Origin: Candidatus Multivoradales bacterium
Lineage (GTDB): Bacteria; Acidobacteriota; Thermoanaerobaculia; Multivoradales; Multivoraceae
Direction of reading: 5' to 3'
Assembly: GCA_965223325.1 (NCBI GenBank)
Contig: CBDCWI010000001.1
Coordinates: forward strand, 736,001 to 800,000
DNA length: 64,000 nucleotides
Shown: positions 11,101 through 19,580 of the stretch, one piece after another
How positions within the stretch are numbered: the first letter of the stretch is position 1
Layout of the letters: the number at the start of each line of letters is the position of its first letter
The notes under the pieces: model-generated
What the model saw: the letters and a program-made list of their open reading frames with translations, nothing else
What the model was told of the DNA's origin: nothing
Databases searched by the model: none
Program-made: the position numbers and the translations under genes

Positions 11101-12448
11101 GGATCCAGGGGCGCCTTACGGTGTTGAGATAGAACGGCGTGCTGCCAGGCGCAACCGCATCGTTCGGCGTATCGACTTTGATCGTCGGCGGCAGCACCCG
11201 ATGCCACAGCGCCAGGACCGCCTTGATCAGGCCGGCAGCCCCGGCGGCGGCTTTGGTATGGCCGATTTGGGACTTCGCCGAACCGAGGGCCACCCAGGTA
11301 CCTTCGGGGGAGGCCTTGCGGAAGACCCGGTCGAGGGCGCGCGCTTCAACTGCGTCGCCGACCCGAGTCCCGGTCCCGTGAGCCTCCACCAACTCGATGG
11401 TCGCGGGACTGACACCCGCATCTCGGTAGGCAGCTTCGAGGCAGCGGGCCTGACCGGCATCGCTCGGCGCATAAACCGCCATCCCCGCACCATCACTCGA
11501 GGAACCGATGCCACGGATGACGGCGTAGATGCGATCGCCGTCGCGCTCGGCATCGGCGAGGCGCTTTAGAACCAGAACTCCCAGGCCCTCGCCGAGGGTC
11601 GTGCCGTCACCCTCGGCTTCGAAGGGGCGTGCATTGCCGCTCGGCGAGAGCGCCGGCGTCTTGCTAAAGCACATGTACATGAAGATGTCGTTGAAGGTGT
11701 CGACACCACCGGCCAGGGCAACATCGGCCCGACCACTTTCGAGCTCGAGCGCCGCCATGTAGAGCGCCGACATCGAAGACGCGCAAGCCGCGTCGACGAC
11801 GCAGTTGGTGCCGAGCAGGTTCAGGCGGTTGGCGATGCGACCCGCTGCCACGTTGCCGAGCAGGCCGGGAAACGAGCTCTCGCGCCAAGGCGGGTACTGG
11901 TCACGAATGCGCTCGACGACATCGGCGGCAACCTCGGGGGAGACCCCCGCGTCAGCCAGGGCGCGCTTCCAGATCGGATGTCCCAGACGTGCCCCCAATG
12001 GCACGACCAACTCGAGGGCGCCGGTGACGCCGAGAATCACCGAGGTCTTCTCGCGCGGCAGTTCGCGCGGTCCACCCTCGCCGTACCCCGCATCGTCGAG
12101 CGCTGCCTTGGCAACCGCCAGGCTGAGCAACTGACTGGTGTCGGTCGCGTCGAGATCGCGCGGCGAGATACCGAACTCCATCGGGTCGAAGTCGACCGGA
12201 TCGATGAAGCCACCACGGCGGCCGTAGGTCTGATCGGTCGCCTGCCGGTCCTCGTTCCAGTAGTCGTCGGGTGACCAATGGGTCTCCGGCACCTCTCGAA
12301 TGGCATCGATGCCATCGCGCAGCAGATCCCAGTACCCCGCGAGGTCACGGGCTCCGGGAAACATGCACGACAGGCCAACGATGGCGAGTGGATTGCGTGG
12401 TGCGTTTTGCGCCAACGCTCGAGAGGAGTTCTTCGGGCTGGGGGTCAT
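5171..12448 (-). CDS. pfaA: PUFA-synthase PfaA/Pfa2-like iterative PKS (KS-MAT-4xACP-KR-DH)
   Basis: 2425 aa. KS 'VDAACASS', 'EAHGTGT', 'KSQIGH'; MAT 'FPGQG', 'GHSYGE', 'AFHS'; four 'LGIDSIKRVEIL' ACPs; KR 'SGGARGV', 'DYAVAN'; DH 'HPFLASHVMNGRAVLP'. Confidence 0.95.
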   Translation of the reverse strand: MTPSPKNSSRALAQNAPRNPLAIVGLSCMFPGARDLAGYWDLLRDGIDAIREVPETHWSPDDYWNEDRQATDQTYGRRGGFIDPVDFDPMEFGISPRDLDATDTSQLLSLAVAKAALDDAGYGEGGPRELPREKTSVILGVTGALELVVPLGARLGHPIWKRALADAGVSPEVAADVVERIRDQYPPWRESSFPGLLGNVAAGRIANRLNLLGTNCVVDAACASSMSALYMAALELESGRADVALAGGVDTFNDIFMYMCFSKTPALSPSGNARPFEAEGDGTTLGEGLGVLVLKRLADAERDGDRIYAVIRGIGSSSDGAGMAVYAPSDAGQARCLEAAYRDAGVSPATIELVEAHGTGTRVGDAVEARALDRVFRKASPEGTWVALGSAKSQIGHTKAAAGAAGLIKAVLALWHRVLPPTIKVDTPNDAVAPGSTPFYLNTVRRPWIPRLTDAETGGLEVLYPRRAGVSAFGFGGTNFHCVVEEAHHAAADWGGAPLLFAFCGQSVEDTRGKAQLLANELAEVTGSADEMRRFAARTRRSYDASQPVRLVVVAASADDAGEAFERAIAAGDDLGERSFLSLLGGTVWATGRRGRAAAVFPGQGAQAPGMLRDLACRFPVMQDALAEADFESMRAGGAERLSDLIYPHPAFDGETLAAQRAALQATDRAQPALGAVEYGAFLVLRSLGFEAAAFAGHSYGELVALAAAGRLESSELHRLSYLRGQLMASVGGDVGRDPGSMLAVLAEAPEVEGFLGRHQLDLVIANRNSPRQHVLSGATSEIERAASLLASEGLAGKQLAVAAAFHSSLVEAAAAPFTAALAAVSLGIGDQGTGTGGLVFANATANVYPDDPEAARELLGAQLARPVAWQGVLEAMAESGIDTFVEVGPGRRLSGLVDDTLGEAVVALAIDPAGDGAVAGLARAVAGLAARGVEIDLALWDPLPDPVSISPSKRRPFTVALSGANHREPVPPRPPRPAPAPEFPTPESPTPLPALAAPVSHPAGALSSFISPPDEPALSGLAEGDPMHEVLRSLLRLQETNAEIHRRFLDGQESISRQIERVLEQAADASSTAVAPPTAVAPRVAASSEPSRDARPGPVVSPAPAPVATPSQTPVPAVPGPLVQALFEAVSEKTGYPVEMLEPAMELDADLGIDSIKRVEILAALEERFPELPRLEAERLGGLRTLAEVVATLEEGAPQLAALEQPAHSPAVLSSAAAAVSDDLRAALFEAVSEKTGYPVAMLEPAMELDADLGIDSIKRVEILAALEERFPGLPRLEAERLGELRTLADVVGVLGGGTGAVSAAMPSVAAENSAPAENGAPAVPLAVEEPARVIASARAATSLETLSQALFDAIAEKTGYPADMLEPQMGLDADLGIDSIKRVEILAALEEKFPELPRLEAEQLGALRSVEEVLAALATGLAAADVAAAPDASGPPAAQEGLAAADSEAIERALYEAVAQKTGYPIEMLEPQMGLDADLGIDSIKRVEILAALEERFPALPRLDADDLGRLRTLADVAEAITQPAAEASPAGSREPNLGPEPAPPVQAGPLANAGVPAPAVAPEPVAVASRTVATGEALPRFVSFVDEGVPAAGDSPPLLPPGALVWVTEAGDGVAQALASELEALGFHAEVVDPRALPSPPAILDGLLLLAPDRSEAAHDWLWEAFSTVQHAASAFRRQADGSERPLIAAVTRQGGAFGFEAPAEGGIVSSAIAGLIRTVAREWPEVTTRVVDVEAAELENGVARLARALVQIGPPEIGLQRERTLRLGVRPTPLPSAALLNGHARSFTAEDFLVISGGARGVTAECAVALAAAGVGRLALLGRSPLPASDDAFSGVADSDLERAVLDAALAAGEKLKPRELTLRCQKVRARREIETTLSRVRAAGAEASYLSVDVRDAQATAGVILALETEHGAVTGLVHGAGVLRDAAIEEKTEADWRTVYDTKVRGLENLLASLAHRELSWLALFSSSTGRFGRRGQVDYAVANAALDSHALAFAQRHPEARAVSVGWGPWDGGMVDASLKNLFRAEGVEVVPLAEGGRQLVRELLEAPRDQTLVVILGAGSNLEGLVDEPPEEPATTGTRAVASRVATPPAGSEITISEQTMRLASTGSEAAEQRWQTAFGRLVSLESHPFLASHVMNGRAVLPAAMMVEWLAHGALHGQPGLRFFGVDDLRVWKGVRVAHEEITVRIEAGSSRWEREGDTATLLVPVRMISDGSNGEAVLHCGADIVLTERLPKAPAAGPRPESGEPIDRSLDQIYDELLFHGPALHGLTSIEGWSGAGIVGRTRTAEAPAQWMQSPIRASWIADPLALDVAFQLMIVWSRNHSERGSLPARLPCYRQYVRSLRGGELEVTARVREAGERIARADLEWLRDGQVVARLDGYECVIDAALNGAFARNRIDSLPMTRRRPIRPGESPTR
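7880..9080 (-). repeat. Four tandem ACP-domain coding repeats inside pfaA (approximate limits)
   Basis: Four near-identical segments encoding KTGYPxxMLEPxMxLDADLGIDSIKRVEILAALEE, separated by Ala/Pro-rich linkers. Confidence 0.9.
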
Positions 12449-12475
12449 GGGTTGCTTCTCGCTCTGGAAGAGGAA

Positions 12476-14206
12476 TCAGCCATTCTCGAGAGCTTCGAGC
12501 TCAGCCGGGGGCCGCGGACGTAGATCGATCTCGGGTAGCGCGGCGCCGCAGAGAGCGAGCGTGTTGTAGCGCGCCAGAACGGCCGCCGAGTGAAGCACCG
12601 CCAGCGCAACCTGAGGGGCTCGGCGTGCTTGCCAGTCTTCGAGCCAGGTGCCACGCACCCACTCGTTGAAGGCACCCATCGCTGGCCCGCACCACACCTG
12701 GTAGTCGGCCTCGCGTCCCGCTGCACCGGTGTTCGCCCAACGGGACGACTGGCCGAGATACCAGCGAAAGACGAGGGCCATCCTGTGCCGAGAATCGCGC
12801 GCCGCGCGCTCGAGTTGGCGCGGGTCGCGCTCACGCCAGAAGCTCTCGGTCTCGGCCCAGACCTCGTCGATCGACATGCGGAAGATCTGGCGCTCGAGAC
12901 GTTGGCGCTCGTCGTGAGGAATCGCTTCGAGCGCCTCGTGGCTCTCGTAGAGCTCGCGCAGCCGGCGGGCGCGCATCGCGAACATGGTTCCGCGCTTGAG
13001 AACCTGCAGGTCGACTCCCATTTCGAACATGTCAGCGGCAGGTGCCATCGCCACGTCGGCCTGTTCAGCCTCCGCCAACATCTGGCGAACGACGTCGGAG
13101 GTGCCGGCTTCGCGGCAGGCCTGATGGACGGTCCCTACCAGGACGTAGGCGGCGCCCATCGAGAAGGCGGCTTGCGCTGACCACGGGGTCGAGATTCCCC
13201 CACCGAGCCCCACTCGCGGCACACGCCGGTAGCCGCGCTCGGAGGCAATGCGGTCGCGCAGCGCAATCATCACCGGCAGAAGCGCGATCGCCGGCCGGTT
13301 GTCGGTATGGCCACCGGAGTCAGCCTCGACGGACAATTCGTCGGCCATCGGCAAGCTGCTGGCGAGCTGGGCTCGCTCCTCGTCGATCTCGCCGCGCGCG
13401 ATGAGTTCGCGCAACATGTCCTCCGGTGGCGGCTCGAGGAACTGGCGCGCTACCTCGTGCCGTGAGACCTTGCCGAAGATCCGGTGGCGGGCGACTGGTA
13501 AGCCCTCCTCGTCGCGGGCGATGCCAAGCACTCGGTAGCGCACCAGCGGCAACGTCAGGCGAAGGTAGGCCGACGCCGAAACCAAGCGCACTCCGCGGCG
13601 CAGGTAGAGGTCGACGATCTCGCGCTCGAGTTCCGCTTCGTACGGACTATGAATCAGGTTCGATCCCCAGGCGCGCTCCCCGAGGCGAGTGTCGAGGCGG
13701 TGAATGGCGTCTTCGACGACCGCCGGGCCAAGGCCGGCGGCGCCGAAGAAACCCAGCATGCCGGCACGCGCCATCGCTTCTGTGAGCTCGACCGAAGCGA
13801 TGCCGTTGGCCATCGCGCCGGCGACCCAGGCATAGCGCAGGCCGTGGTCACGGCGAAAGGACGGATCGCCCAGATCTTGTGGACCGAGCGGAGCGGACCA
13901 GGCAAGCGCCGGCCGCGGATGGACTCCGTGCTCGCCAGACTTCGGCGGAGCGCCGAGAACCGTCTCACCGTTCACTCCGAGGGCGAGGCCCTCTCCAGGC
14001 TTGCTCGGCCCGAGAAGCGTCACCGACTGGCGCACGTGCGCCAGGGCATCAGCCAGCACGTCGCCACCGTCGCCGGCCGAAAGACTGCGTACACCGTCGC
14101 CGCGGTAGAAACCGAGCGAACGAGCGCCGTTCGCCTGGTCAAGCCCGGCGGCGCTCTCCTGGGAAACAGAACCTACCCGAGGTGGCGAGGTGGACGCCCC
14201 TTGCAC
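12476..14206 (-). CDS. pfaD: PfaD/Pfa1 FMN-dependent enoyl reductase
   Basis: 576 aa with 'AGAMANGIAS', 'EADSGGHTDNRP', 'APAADMFEMG' and 'YQVWCGPAMGAFN', characteristic of PfaD; ends 27 bp before pfaA. Confidence 0.95.
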   Translation of the reverse strand: MQGASTSPPRVGSVSQESAAGLDQANGARSLGFYRGDGVRSLSAGDGGDVLADALAHVRQSVTLLGPSKPGEGLALGVNGETVLGAPPKSGEHGVHPRPALAWSAPLGPQDLGDPSFRRDHGLRYAWVAGAMANGIASVELTEAMARAGMLGFFGAAGLGPAVVEDAIHRLDTRLGERAWGSNLIHSPYEAELEREIVDLYLRRGVRLVSASAYLRLTLPLVRYRVLGIARDEEGLPVARHRIFGKVSRHEVARQFLEPPPEDMLRELIARGEIDEERAQLASSLPMADELSVEADSGGHTDNRPAIALLPVMIALRDRIASERGYRRVPRVGLGGGISTPWSAQAAFSMGAAYVLVGTVHQACREAGTSDVVRQMLAEAEQADVAMAPAADMFEMGVDLQVLKRGTMFAMRARRLRELYESHEALEAIPHDERQRLERQIFRMSIDEVWAETESFWRERDPRQLERAARDSRHRMALVFRWYLGQSSRWANTGAAGREADYQVWCGPAMGAFNEWVRGTWLEDWQARRAPQVALAVLHSAAVLARYNTLALCGAALPEIDLRPRPPAELEALENG

Positions 14207-14395
14207 GTGATCTCCGTAGCGAACTTAAGAGGGGAATCCCGGGAACGAGGTTTCCCGGGGGAGCGAGACTGCCCGCGATGAGAGGTGCCGCTCGTGGAGT
14301 GCAGGGCACAGAAGGCAGTCCCGCCAGCATACACCAGCAAAACCGGGCGTTTGACCAGGCTTCCGCAAGCTGCGGAGCGGGGCGCGTCGTTGGAT

Positions 14396-15322
14396 CTACA
14401 GGTCGAGGGCGGCTTCGAACTGCAGGGCCTTGCGCTTGAGCGCATCGAGGTGCGCGGGGCCCAGGCGCAGGAGCTGCTTCTGGGCGTCCGAGAGACTCTC
14501 GAGGCGCGGATCGACAAACTCCCAGCTGATGACCTTGCGGCGCACGGCGAGCTCCCCGCCGGGTGTGGGAACACTTTGTACCTTGTCGATCGCCCGCTTC
14601 AATGCTTCCCGGAAGGTTCCGGGATACCCGAGCTCCTGCCACTGCTCGTCGACCAGCGGTTCGAGATAGCGAAACGCCTCGACGGTACCCGCCACGTCGA
14701 GTGAGGTGAAGACAGCCACCGCTCGGTCAAATCGTGCGTAGCTGGTCGGGTCGATGGTGGCCGAGTCGTCGGTGCCAACGACCGCGAACGGCCGATCGGG
14801 ACGAAAGGCCGCGAGGTGAACGGAAGGGTCTTCGTCAAAGGCGATGTTTCCCACCACGGCGGTCAGGCGGCGCAGCACATCGTCGCTCGCCAGCCAGCGC
14901 ATCAAGCGCGGGTGCTCCGATACCTCGGCGGCGAGTTGGCGCACCAGCTCGTCGCTCGCCGAGAGCTCCGGCAGCGGCCCCAGATCGGGGCGGGCGGTGG
15001 CCTCCTGGCGCTCGGCCGGCGGGGTGACCGCCGGCGTCTCAGCAGCCGGAGACGATTCTGGGGCCGGCGGCTCCACCGGCCCATCGTCGCGCGGCCAGAA
15101 CCACCAGGTCAACAGGCCCAGCAACAAGGCCACCGCAACGAGTGCCCAGGGCACCCACGAGGAGCCAGTGCGCTCGTCCGGCTGCCATGCTTCGCCGGCC
15201 AGGACCGGCTCGTCGTCGTCGCTCGGTCGCAGGTCGAGGTCGAGCGGCTGATCGGCGGCGAGCGGTGAGGGCTCGTCGGTGAGTGGGTCGAAGCGCGGTT
15301 CGCCCGGTTCTTCAGCGGTCAT
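14396..15322 (-). CDS. DUF3014-like membrane-anchored protein
   Basis: Start re-assigned to MTAEEPG (ATG 15322). Single TM segment, Pro-rich linker, then 'LPELSASD', 'SYARFD', 'QELGYP', 'DPRLESLSDAQKQLLRLGP' as in DUF3014. Confidence 0.75.
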   Translation of the reverse strand: MTAEEPGEPRFDPLTDEPSPLAADQPLDLDLRPSDDDEPVLAGEAWQPDERTGSSWVPWALVAVALLLGLLTWWFWPRDDGPVEPPAPESSPAAETPAVTPPAERQEATARPDLGPLPELSASDELVRQLAAEVSEHPRLMRWLASDDVLRRLTAVVGNIAFDEDPSVHLAAFRPDRPFAVVGTDDSATIDPTSYARFDRAVAVFTSLDVAGTVEAFRYLEPLVDEQWQELGYPGTFREALKRAIDKVQSVPTPGGELAVRRKVISWEFVDPRLESLSDAQKQLLRLGPAHLDALKRKALQFEAALDL

Positions 15323-15420
15323 CTCGCCCACGAGGTTATACGAGCGTGAGAGACCATGGTGTGACGGAATCGCGGCAGAGTGAGGGAATCGAGGCGATCT
15401 GGAGTCAGCGGCGGGTCTCC

Positions 15421-16614
15421 TCAGGCGGCAAGCAAGGCCCGGTTGGGACGAATCCCGCGCAGGACGTCGGTTGCCTCGGTCAGCCCGTCGAGCGTCAACT
15501 CGTACATCGGGAAAACCTGCCTGATGATGTGAATCGTCGGCGCGTTCCAGATTCTCCTGGGCTCGGGGTTCAACCAGACCGAGTTCGGGCAACGCTCGCG
15601 GAAACGGCGCAACCAACTAAGACCGGTGTCCTGGTTGTCATGGTAATAGTCGATCGCACCCCCCGAGTGGGTGAGCTCGTAGGGGCTCATCCAGGCGTCG
15701 CCGACCAGCACCACGGACCACGTGTGGTCGAGGTTCTTGAGCACGTCACTGGTGGGCTCACCCTTCCAACGCGCGATGTCGGTGTAGAGCTTCTCGTAGA
15801 TGCAGTTGTGAAAGAAGCGCGACTCGAACTTCTTGAAGTGGTTGGCAGCGTGCGCTGCCGAGAACAGGCGCTCGCACAGGAGGGTGTGCGGGTCCATCGA
15901 GCCGCCGACGTCGACCAGCAGCAACAGTTTGATGCGGTTACGCCGCGGCGGGCCGAAGACCAGGTCGATCTCGCCGCCGTTGCGCGCACTCTGGTCGATC
16001 GTCAAGTCGAGATCGAGCTCCTCGGGCCCATCGTCCTTGTCGAGGCGGCGCAAGCGCCGCAGCGCCATGCCGATCTGTCGAGTGTCGAGGATCCTGTCTG
16101 AGCGCAGGTTGCGAAACTGACGCGAGCCGGCCACCTGGACCGCCGAGCGGCCACCGCCTGCTCCACCGACGCGCACGCCGGTTTCGTGCTCGCCGCCATG
16201 GCCGAACGGCGACGTACCGCCGGTACCAATCCAGCGATTCCCACCATCGTGACGTTCCTTCTGCTCGGCGAGGCGCTCCTCGAACGCCTCGCGCAGTTCG
16301 TCGAGATCGAGCGCCTCGATCTTGGCGCGCTGCTCATCGGTGATCTCGGGCAGCTTGGGGTTCGACAGCCATTCCATCAACTCGTCGTCGACGTCGAAGT
16401 GGTCATCCAGCCCATGGAAGAACGACGCGAACGCGCGGTCGTAGATGTCGAAGTCCGTCTCTCGCTTGACCAAGAGAGCACGGGCGAGGTGGTAGAACGA
16501 CGTGAGGTCGGCGCGACTGTGCCCCATCGCCATGGCCCTCATCAGGGTCAGCCATTCGGTGATGGTGACTTTGTGGCCGTAGGCCCGCAGGTGGTAGAAG
16601 AAATCGACAAACAT
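15421..16614 (-). CDS. VWA-domain protein (CoxE-like/COG3825 type), MoxR partner
   Basis: 'RHDGGNRWIGTGGTSPFG', MIDAS-like 'DVGGSM', 'FFHNCIY', 'GDAWMSPYE'; adjacent to a MoxR ATPase. Confidence 0.85.
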   Translation of the reverse strand: MFVDFFYHLRAYGHKVTITEWLTLMRAMAMGHSRADLTSFYHLARALLVKRETDFDIYDRAFASFFHGLDDHFDVDDELMEWLSNPKLPEITDEQRAKIEALDLDELREAFEERLAEQKERHDGGNRWIGTGGTSPFGHGGEHETGVRVGGAGGGRSAVQVAGSRQFRNLRSDRILDTRQIGMALRRLRRLDKDDGPEELDLDLTIDQSARNGGEIDLVFGPPRRNRIKLLLLVDVGGSMDPHTLLCERLFSAAHAANHFKKFESRFFHNCIYEKLYTDIARWKGEPTSDVLKNLDHTWSVVLVGDAWMSPYELTHSGGAIDYYHDNQDTGLSWLRRFRERCPNSVWLNPEPRRIWNAPTIHIIRQVFPMYELTLDGLTEATDVLRGIRPNRALLAA

Positions 16615-16697
16615 TCTCTGGTGTTCCAGCTCGGTCCCGGTTGGTTTCCGTGTTCGGCCGCTCCCGCTTTGATTCTAGCGCGCCCCGGCTCCTCTCC

Positions 16698-17528
16698 TCA
16701 GTTGACGCCCCGACGACGGTGCGCTGCGAGCGCCGCTTCGAGGTCGTTCTCGCGCTTGAGCAAGACGCCCAGGAAAGGCAGCTCGGTCTCGATGGTCTCG
16801 GTGTCGACACCGCCGCGTCTGAGGGCAGCGATCCAGTCGACGAGCTCACTGGTCGAAGGACGTTTGCGAAGTTCGGGGAGATCCCGAAGCCAGTAGAAGC
16901 GCAACAGCACCTGCTGCAGGAGCTGTTCTTCGACATCAGGATGGTGGATCTTGACGATCTCAGCCATCTGTTCTTTGTCGGGGAAGGTGATGTAGTGGAA
17001 GACGCAACGCCTCAAGAAGGCGTCGGGCAGTTCCTTCTCGTTGTTCGAGGTGATGATCACGATCGGGCGCTCTTTTGCCTCCTGGCGCTCGTCAGTTTCG
17101 TTGACGTAGAACGACATGCGGTCGAGCTCGTGCAAGAGGTCGTTGGGGAACTCCATGTCCGCCTTGTCGATCTCGTCAATCAAGAGGACGACGCGCTGGT
17201 CGGCGCGAAATGACTGCCCAAGCGGGCCGTACTTGATGTACTGGCGCACATCGGAGATGTCGCGATCGTTGAAGCGAGCGTCGTTCAGGCGCGCCACCGT
17301 GTCGTAGACGTAGAGACCGTCCTGGGCCTTGGTCGTCGACTTGATGTTCCAGGTCAGCAACTCCATCACCAGGTTCTCGGCAACGGCCTCGGCCAGGACA
17401 GTCTTGCCAGTGCCTGGCTCGCCGCGAATCAGAATGGGCTTCTCGAGCGCAATGGCAACGTTGACCGTGTCGCGCAGGTCCTGCGACGCAAGGTAGCCCT
17501 CGGTCCCTTCAAAACGATGGAAGCTCAT
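16698..17528 (-). CDS. MoxR-family AAA+ ATPase
   Basis: Start re-assigned to MSFHRFEGT. Walker A GEPGTGKT, Walker B LLIDEIDK, 'TSNNEKELPDAFLRRC'. Confidence 0.9.
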   Translation of the reverse strand: MSFHRFEGTEGYLASQDLRDTVNVAIALEKPILIRGEPGTGKTVLAEAVAENLVMELLTWNIKSTTKAQDGLYVYDTVARLNDARFNDRDISDVRQYIKYGPLGQSFRADQRVVLLIDEIDKADMEFPNDLLHELDRMSFYVNETDERQEAKERPIVIITSNNEKELPDAFLRRCVFHYITFPDKEQMAEIVKIHHPDVEEQLLQQVLLRFYWLRDLPELRKRPSTSELVDWIAALRRGGVDTETIETELPFLGVLLKRENDLEAALAAHRRRGVN

Positions 17529-17738
17529 GACAATCGGCTCCTTAGACCCGTTGGGAGCAGCCCGGCCTCCGTGGACGTAGCTGCGGGTTTCGCTCGACGG
17601 CGCGTGCACGGGAGGCCGGCGGTCTTTGAGCGATAGTTGTCGTTGGAGCCGACAGTCTACACGACCGACTGACCGTCCGGTAGGTAGTCCGAGCCACCAT
17701 CGAGGACCACGCGCGCTCGGCGGTCTACACTGCAGCCC

Positions 17739-18512
17739 GTGAGTTACCCAGATGAGAACCAGACCGCCCGCGCTCGCCTTCGCGAGCTCGTCCACGCCTC
17801 CCGGAAGATCGTCGCCTTCACCGGCGCCGGGATCTCTACCGAATCCGGTATCCCCGACTTTCGAAGTCCCGGAGGCATCTGGTCGAGAATGAAACCAATC
17901 GAGTTCAGCGACTTCATCTCCTCGGCCGCGGCGCGTCGTGAATCGTGGCGTCGCAAGCTCGAAGGCACTGGCTTTCGCGGCGCTGTTCCCAATGCTGGCC
18001 ATGACGCTCTTCACGTTCTCTGGGAGCGCGGACAGCTCAAGGCCGTCATCACCCAGAACGTCGACGGCCTCCATCAGGACTCCGGGATCCCGCCCGATCA
18101 GGTCATCGAGTTGCACGGCAACACGACCTACGCGCGCTGCTTGTCATGTGCCAAGCGCTACGAGATCGAGGACATGCTCGAGGTCTTCAGGCGCACCGAA
18201 AACGGGCCGATCTGCGACGACTGCGGCGGCTACATCAAGACCGCAACCATCTCCTTCGGCCAGTCGATGCCAGAGGAAGAAATGATCCGGGCCGAGATCG
18301 TTGCCAGTGACTGTGATCTCTTCCTGGTGCTGGGGACCTCACTGGCGGTCTATCCGGCAGCCGCGTTTCCGATGATGGCGCGCGCAGCGGGAGCGAAGCT
18401 GGTGATCCTCAATCGCGAAGCGACGGATCAAGATGGGCTCGCCGACCTGGTCGTGCACGACGAACTCGGCGACACCTTGACCTATGCGGTCGGTCAGAAG
18501 CCCACGGCGTAG
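17739..18512 (+). CDS. cobB: NAD-dependent protein deacylase (Sir2/CobB family)
   Basis: GAGISTESGIPDFR, TQNVDGLH, ELHG, Zn ligands CLSC/CDDC, GTSL. Confidence 0.92.
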   Translation: MSYPDENQTARARLRELVHASRKIVAFTGAGISTESGIPDFRSPGGIWSRMKPIEFSDFISSAAARRESWRRKLEGTGFRGAVPNAGHDALHVLWERGQLKAVITQNVDGLHQDSGIPPDQVIELHGNTTYARCLSCAKRYEIEDMLEVFRRTENGPICDDCGGYIKTATISFGQSMPEEEMIRAEIVASDCDLFLVLGTSLAVYPAAAFPMMARAAGAKLVILNREATDQDGLADLVVHDELGDTLTYAVGQKPTA

Positions 18513-18520
18513 GCGGGGCC

Positions 18521-19465
18521 TCAAGAAGACCGTACGAAGCGCCCCTCGTCGGTTTCGCGGGCCTGGCCCCGAGCGATCAAGCGTTCGAGGTGCATCCCCA
18601 TCATCTTGTGCTCGATCTGTTCAATGCCGGGGATCTCGTCCTGTGGGCGATAGACGAAACGATGGCGTGCGACGTCACCCATCGTGCGCGGTTCAGCGAG
18701 GTACAGGAGTAAGCGCTCGTCGCGCTCCTTGAAACGACCGGCGTAGCGTTCCAGGCGCTGGGCGAAGACGTTGGGATCTTCGATCAACCCAATGTGGTGA
18801 CCCGAGAGCCAGGCGTGGCAGTCAATTTCAGCGACGCGTTGGACAGACTTTTCGAAGGCTTCGAGAGACGACGCGCGATCTCCGTAGTAAGGACCGAAAC
18901 TCGACAGGTCGATGTCGGCGAGGAACAAGAGCCCGGCAGGTTCGATGAGAAAACAAGAGTGCCCCGGCGTATGGCCGGGAGTGAGGATGACTTCGACCGT
19001 CACTCCGCCTCCGAGGTCGAAGCGCTCGCCATCGCGAAACGTCAAAGCGTCGGGGCGTGGCATGAAGTGAAACTCGCGTTCGACCCGGGCGCGAAACGCG
19101 TCGCGGCGCTCCCCCGCCATGCCGAAGATGTCGATGAAGGTATCGATATCGTCGAGGAACCCACGTTCAAACTCGTGCAGCGCGATCGGTAGATCAGACA
19201 AGAGGTCGAGCGCTGCCGCGTGGTCTTCGTGAGCGTGGGTGAGCAGAATCCGGTCAAGGCCGGTCACCGGAGCGCGCACCGAAGGATCCTGGCTGAGGAG
19301 ACGCCGGCGGACGCCGAGCGGCACATCGAGCAGCATGGTTTCTTCAGCACCCCGGACCACGGCCGCGTTGGCATCGGGGTACTTGCCGGAACCAGCGCCG
19401 AGGAGCACGGTCGCGGCACCGAGTGCACGATCTTCGAGAGGCTCTCTCCGTGAATCAGGAAGCAT
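18521..19465 (-). CDS. MBL-fold metallo-hydrolase
   Basis: THAHEDH (HxHxDH), TPGHTPGH and SGHH motifs. Confidence 0.85.
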   Translation of the reverse strand: MLPDSRREPLEDRALGAATVLLGAGSGKYPDANAAVVRGAEETMLLDVPLGVRRRLLSQDPSVRAPVTGLDRILLTHAHEDHAAALDLLSDLPIALHEFERGFLDDIDTFIDIFGMAGERRDAFRARVEREFHFMPRPDALTFRDGERFDLGGGVTVEVILTPGHTPGHSCFLIEPAGLLFLADIDLSSFGPYYGDRASSLEAFEKSVQRVAEIDCHAWLSGHHIGLIEDPNVFAQRLERYAGRFKERDERLLLYLAEPRTMGDVARHRFVYRPQDEIPGIEQIEHKMMGMHLERLIARGQARETDEGRFVRSS

Positions 19466-19580
19466 GGGCCGCGCATCCTACTCCGTCATGCCAGAGCCGT
19501 CGTGCCAGATCCGTCATGAAAGAATGGTCGCAACCGCACTCACCGACGCTCTGGCCCAGCCAGGGCGAAGAGGGCCTCTC

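Noticed and set aside
14238-14259. CCCGGGAA/TTCCCGGG hairpin upstream of pfaD as a riboswitch or terminator
   Set aside because: Only an 8-bp GC stem without a U tract or recognisable aptamer; common by chance at this GC content.
17739-18512. Sirtuin as an anti-phage (Thoeris/DSR-type) SIR2
   Set aside because: Canonical ~250-aa Zn-binding CobB-type deacylase with no defence partners nearby.
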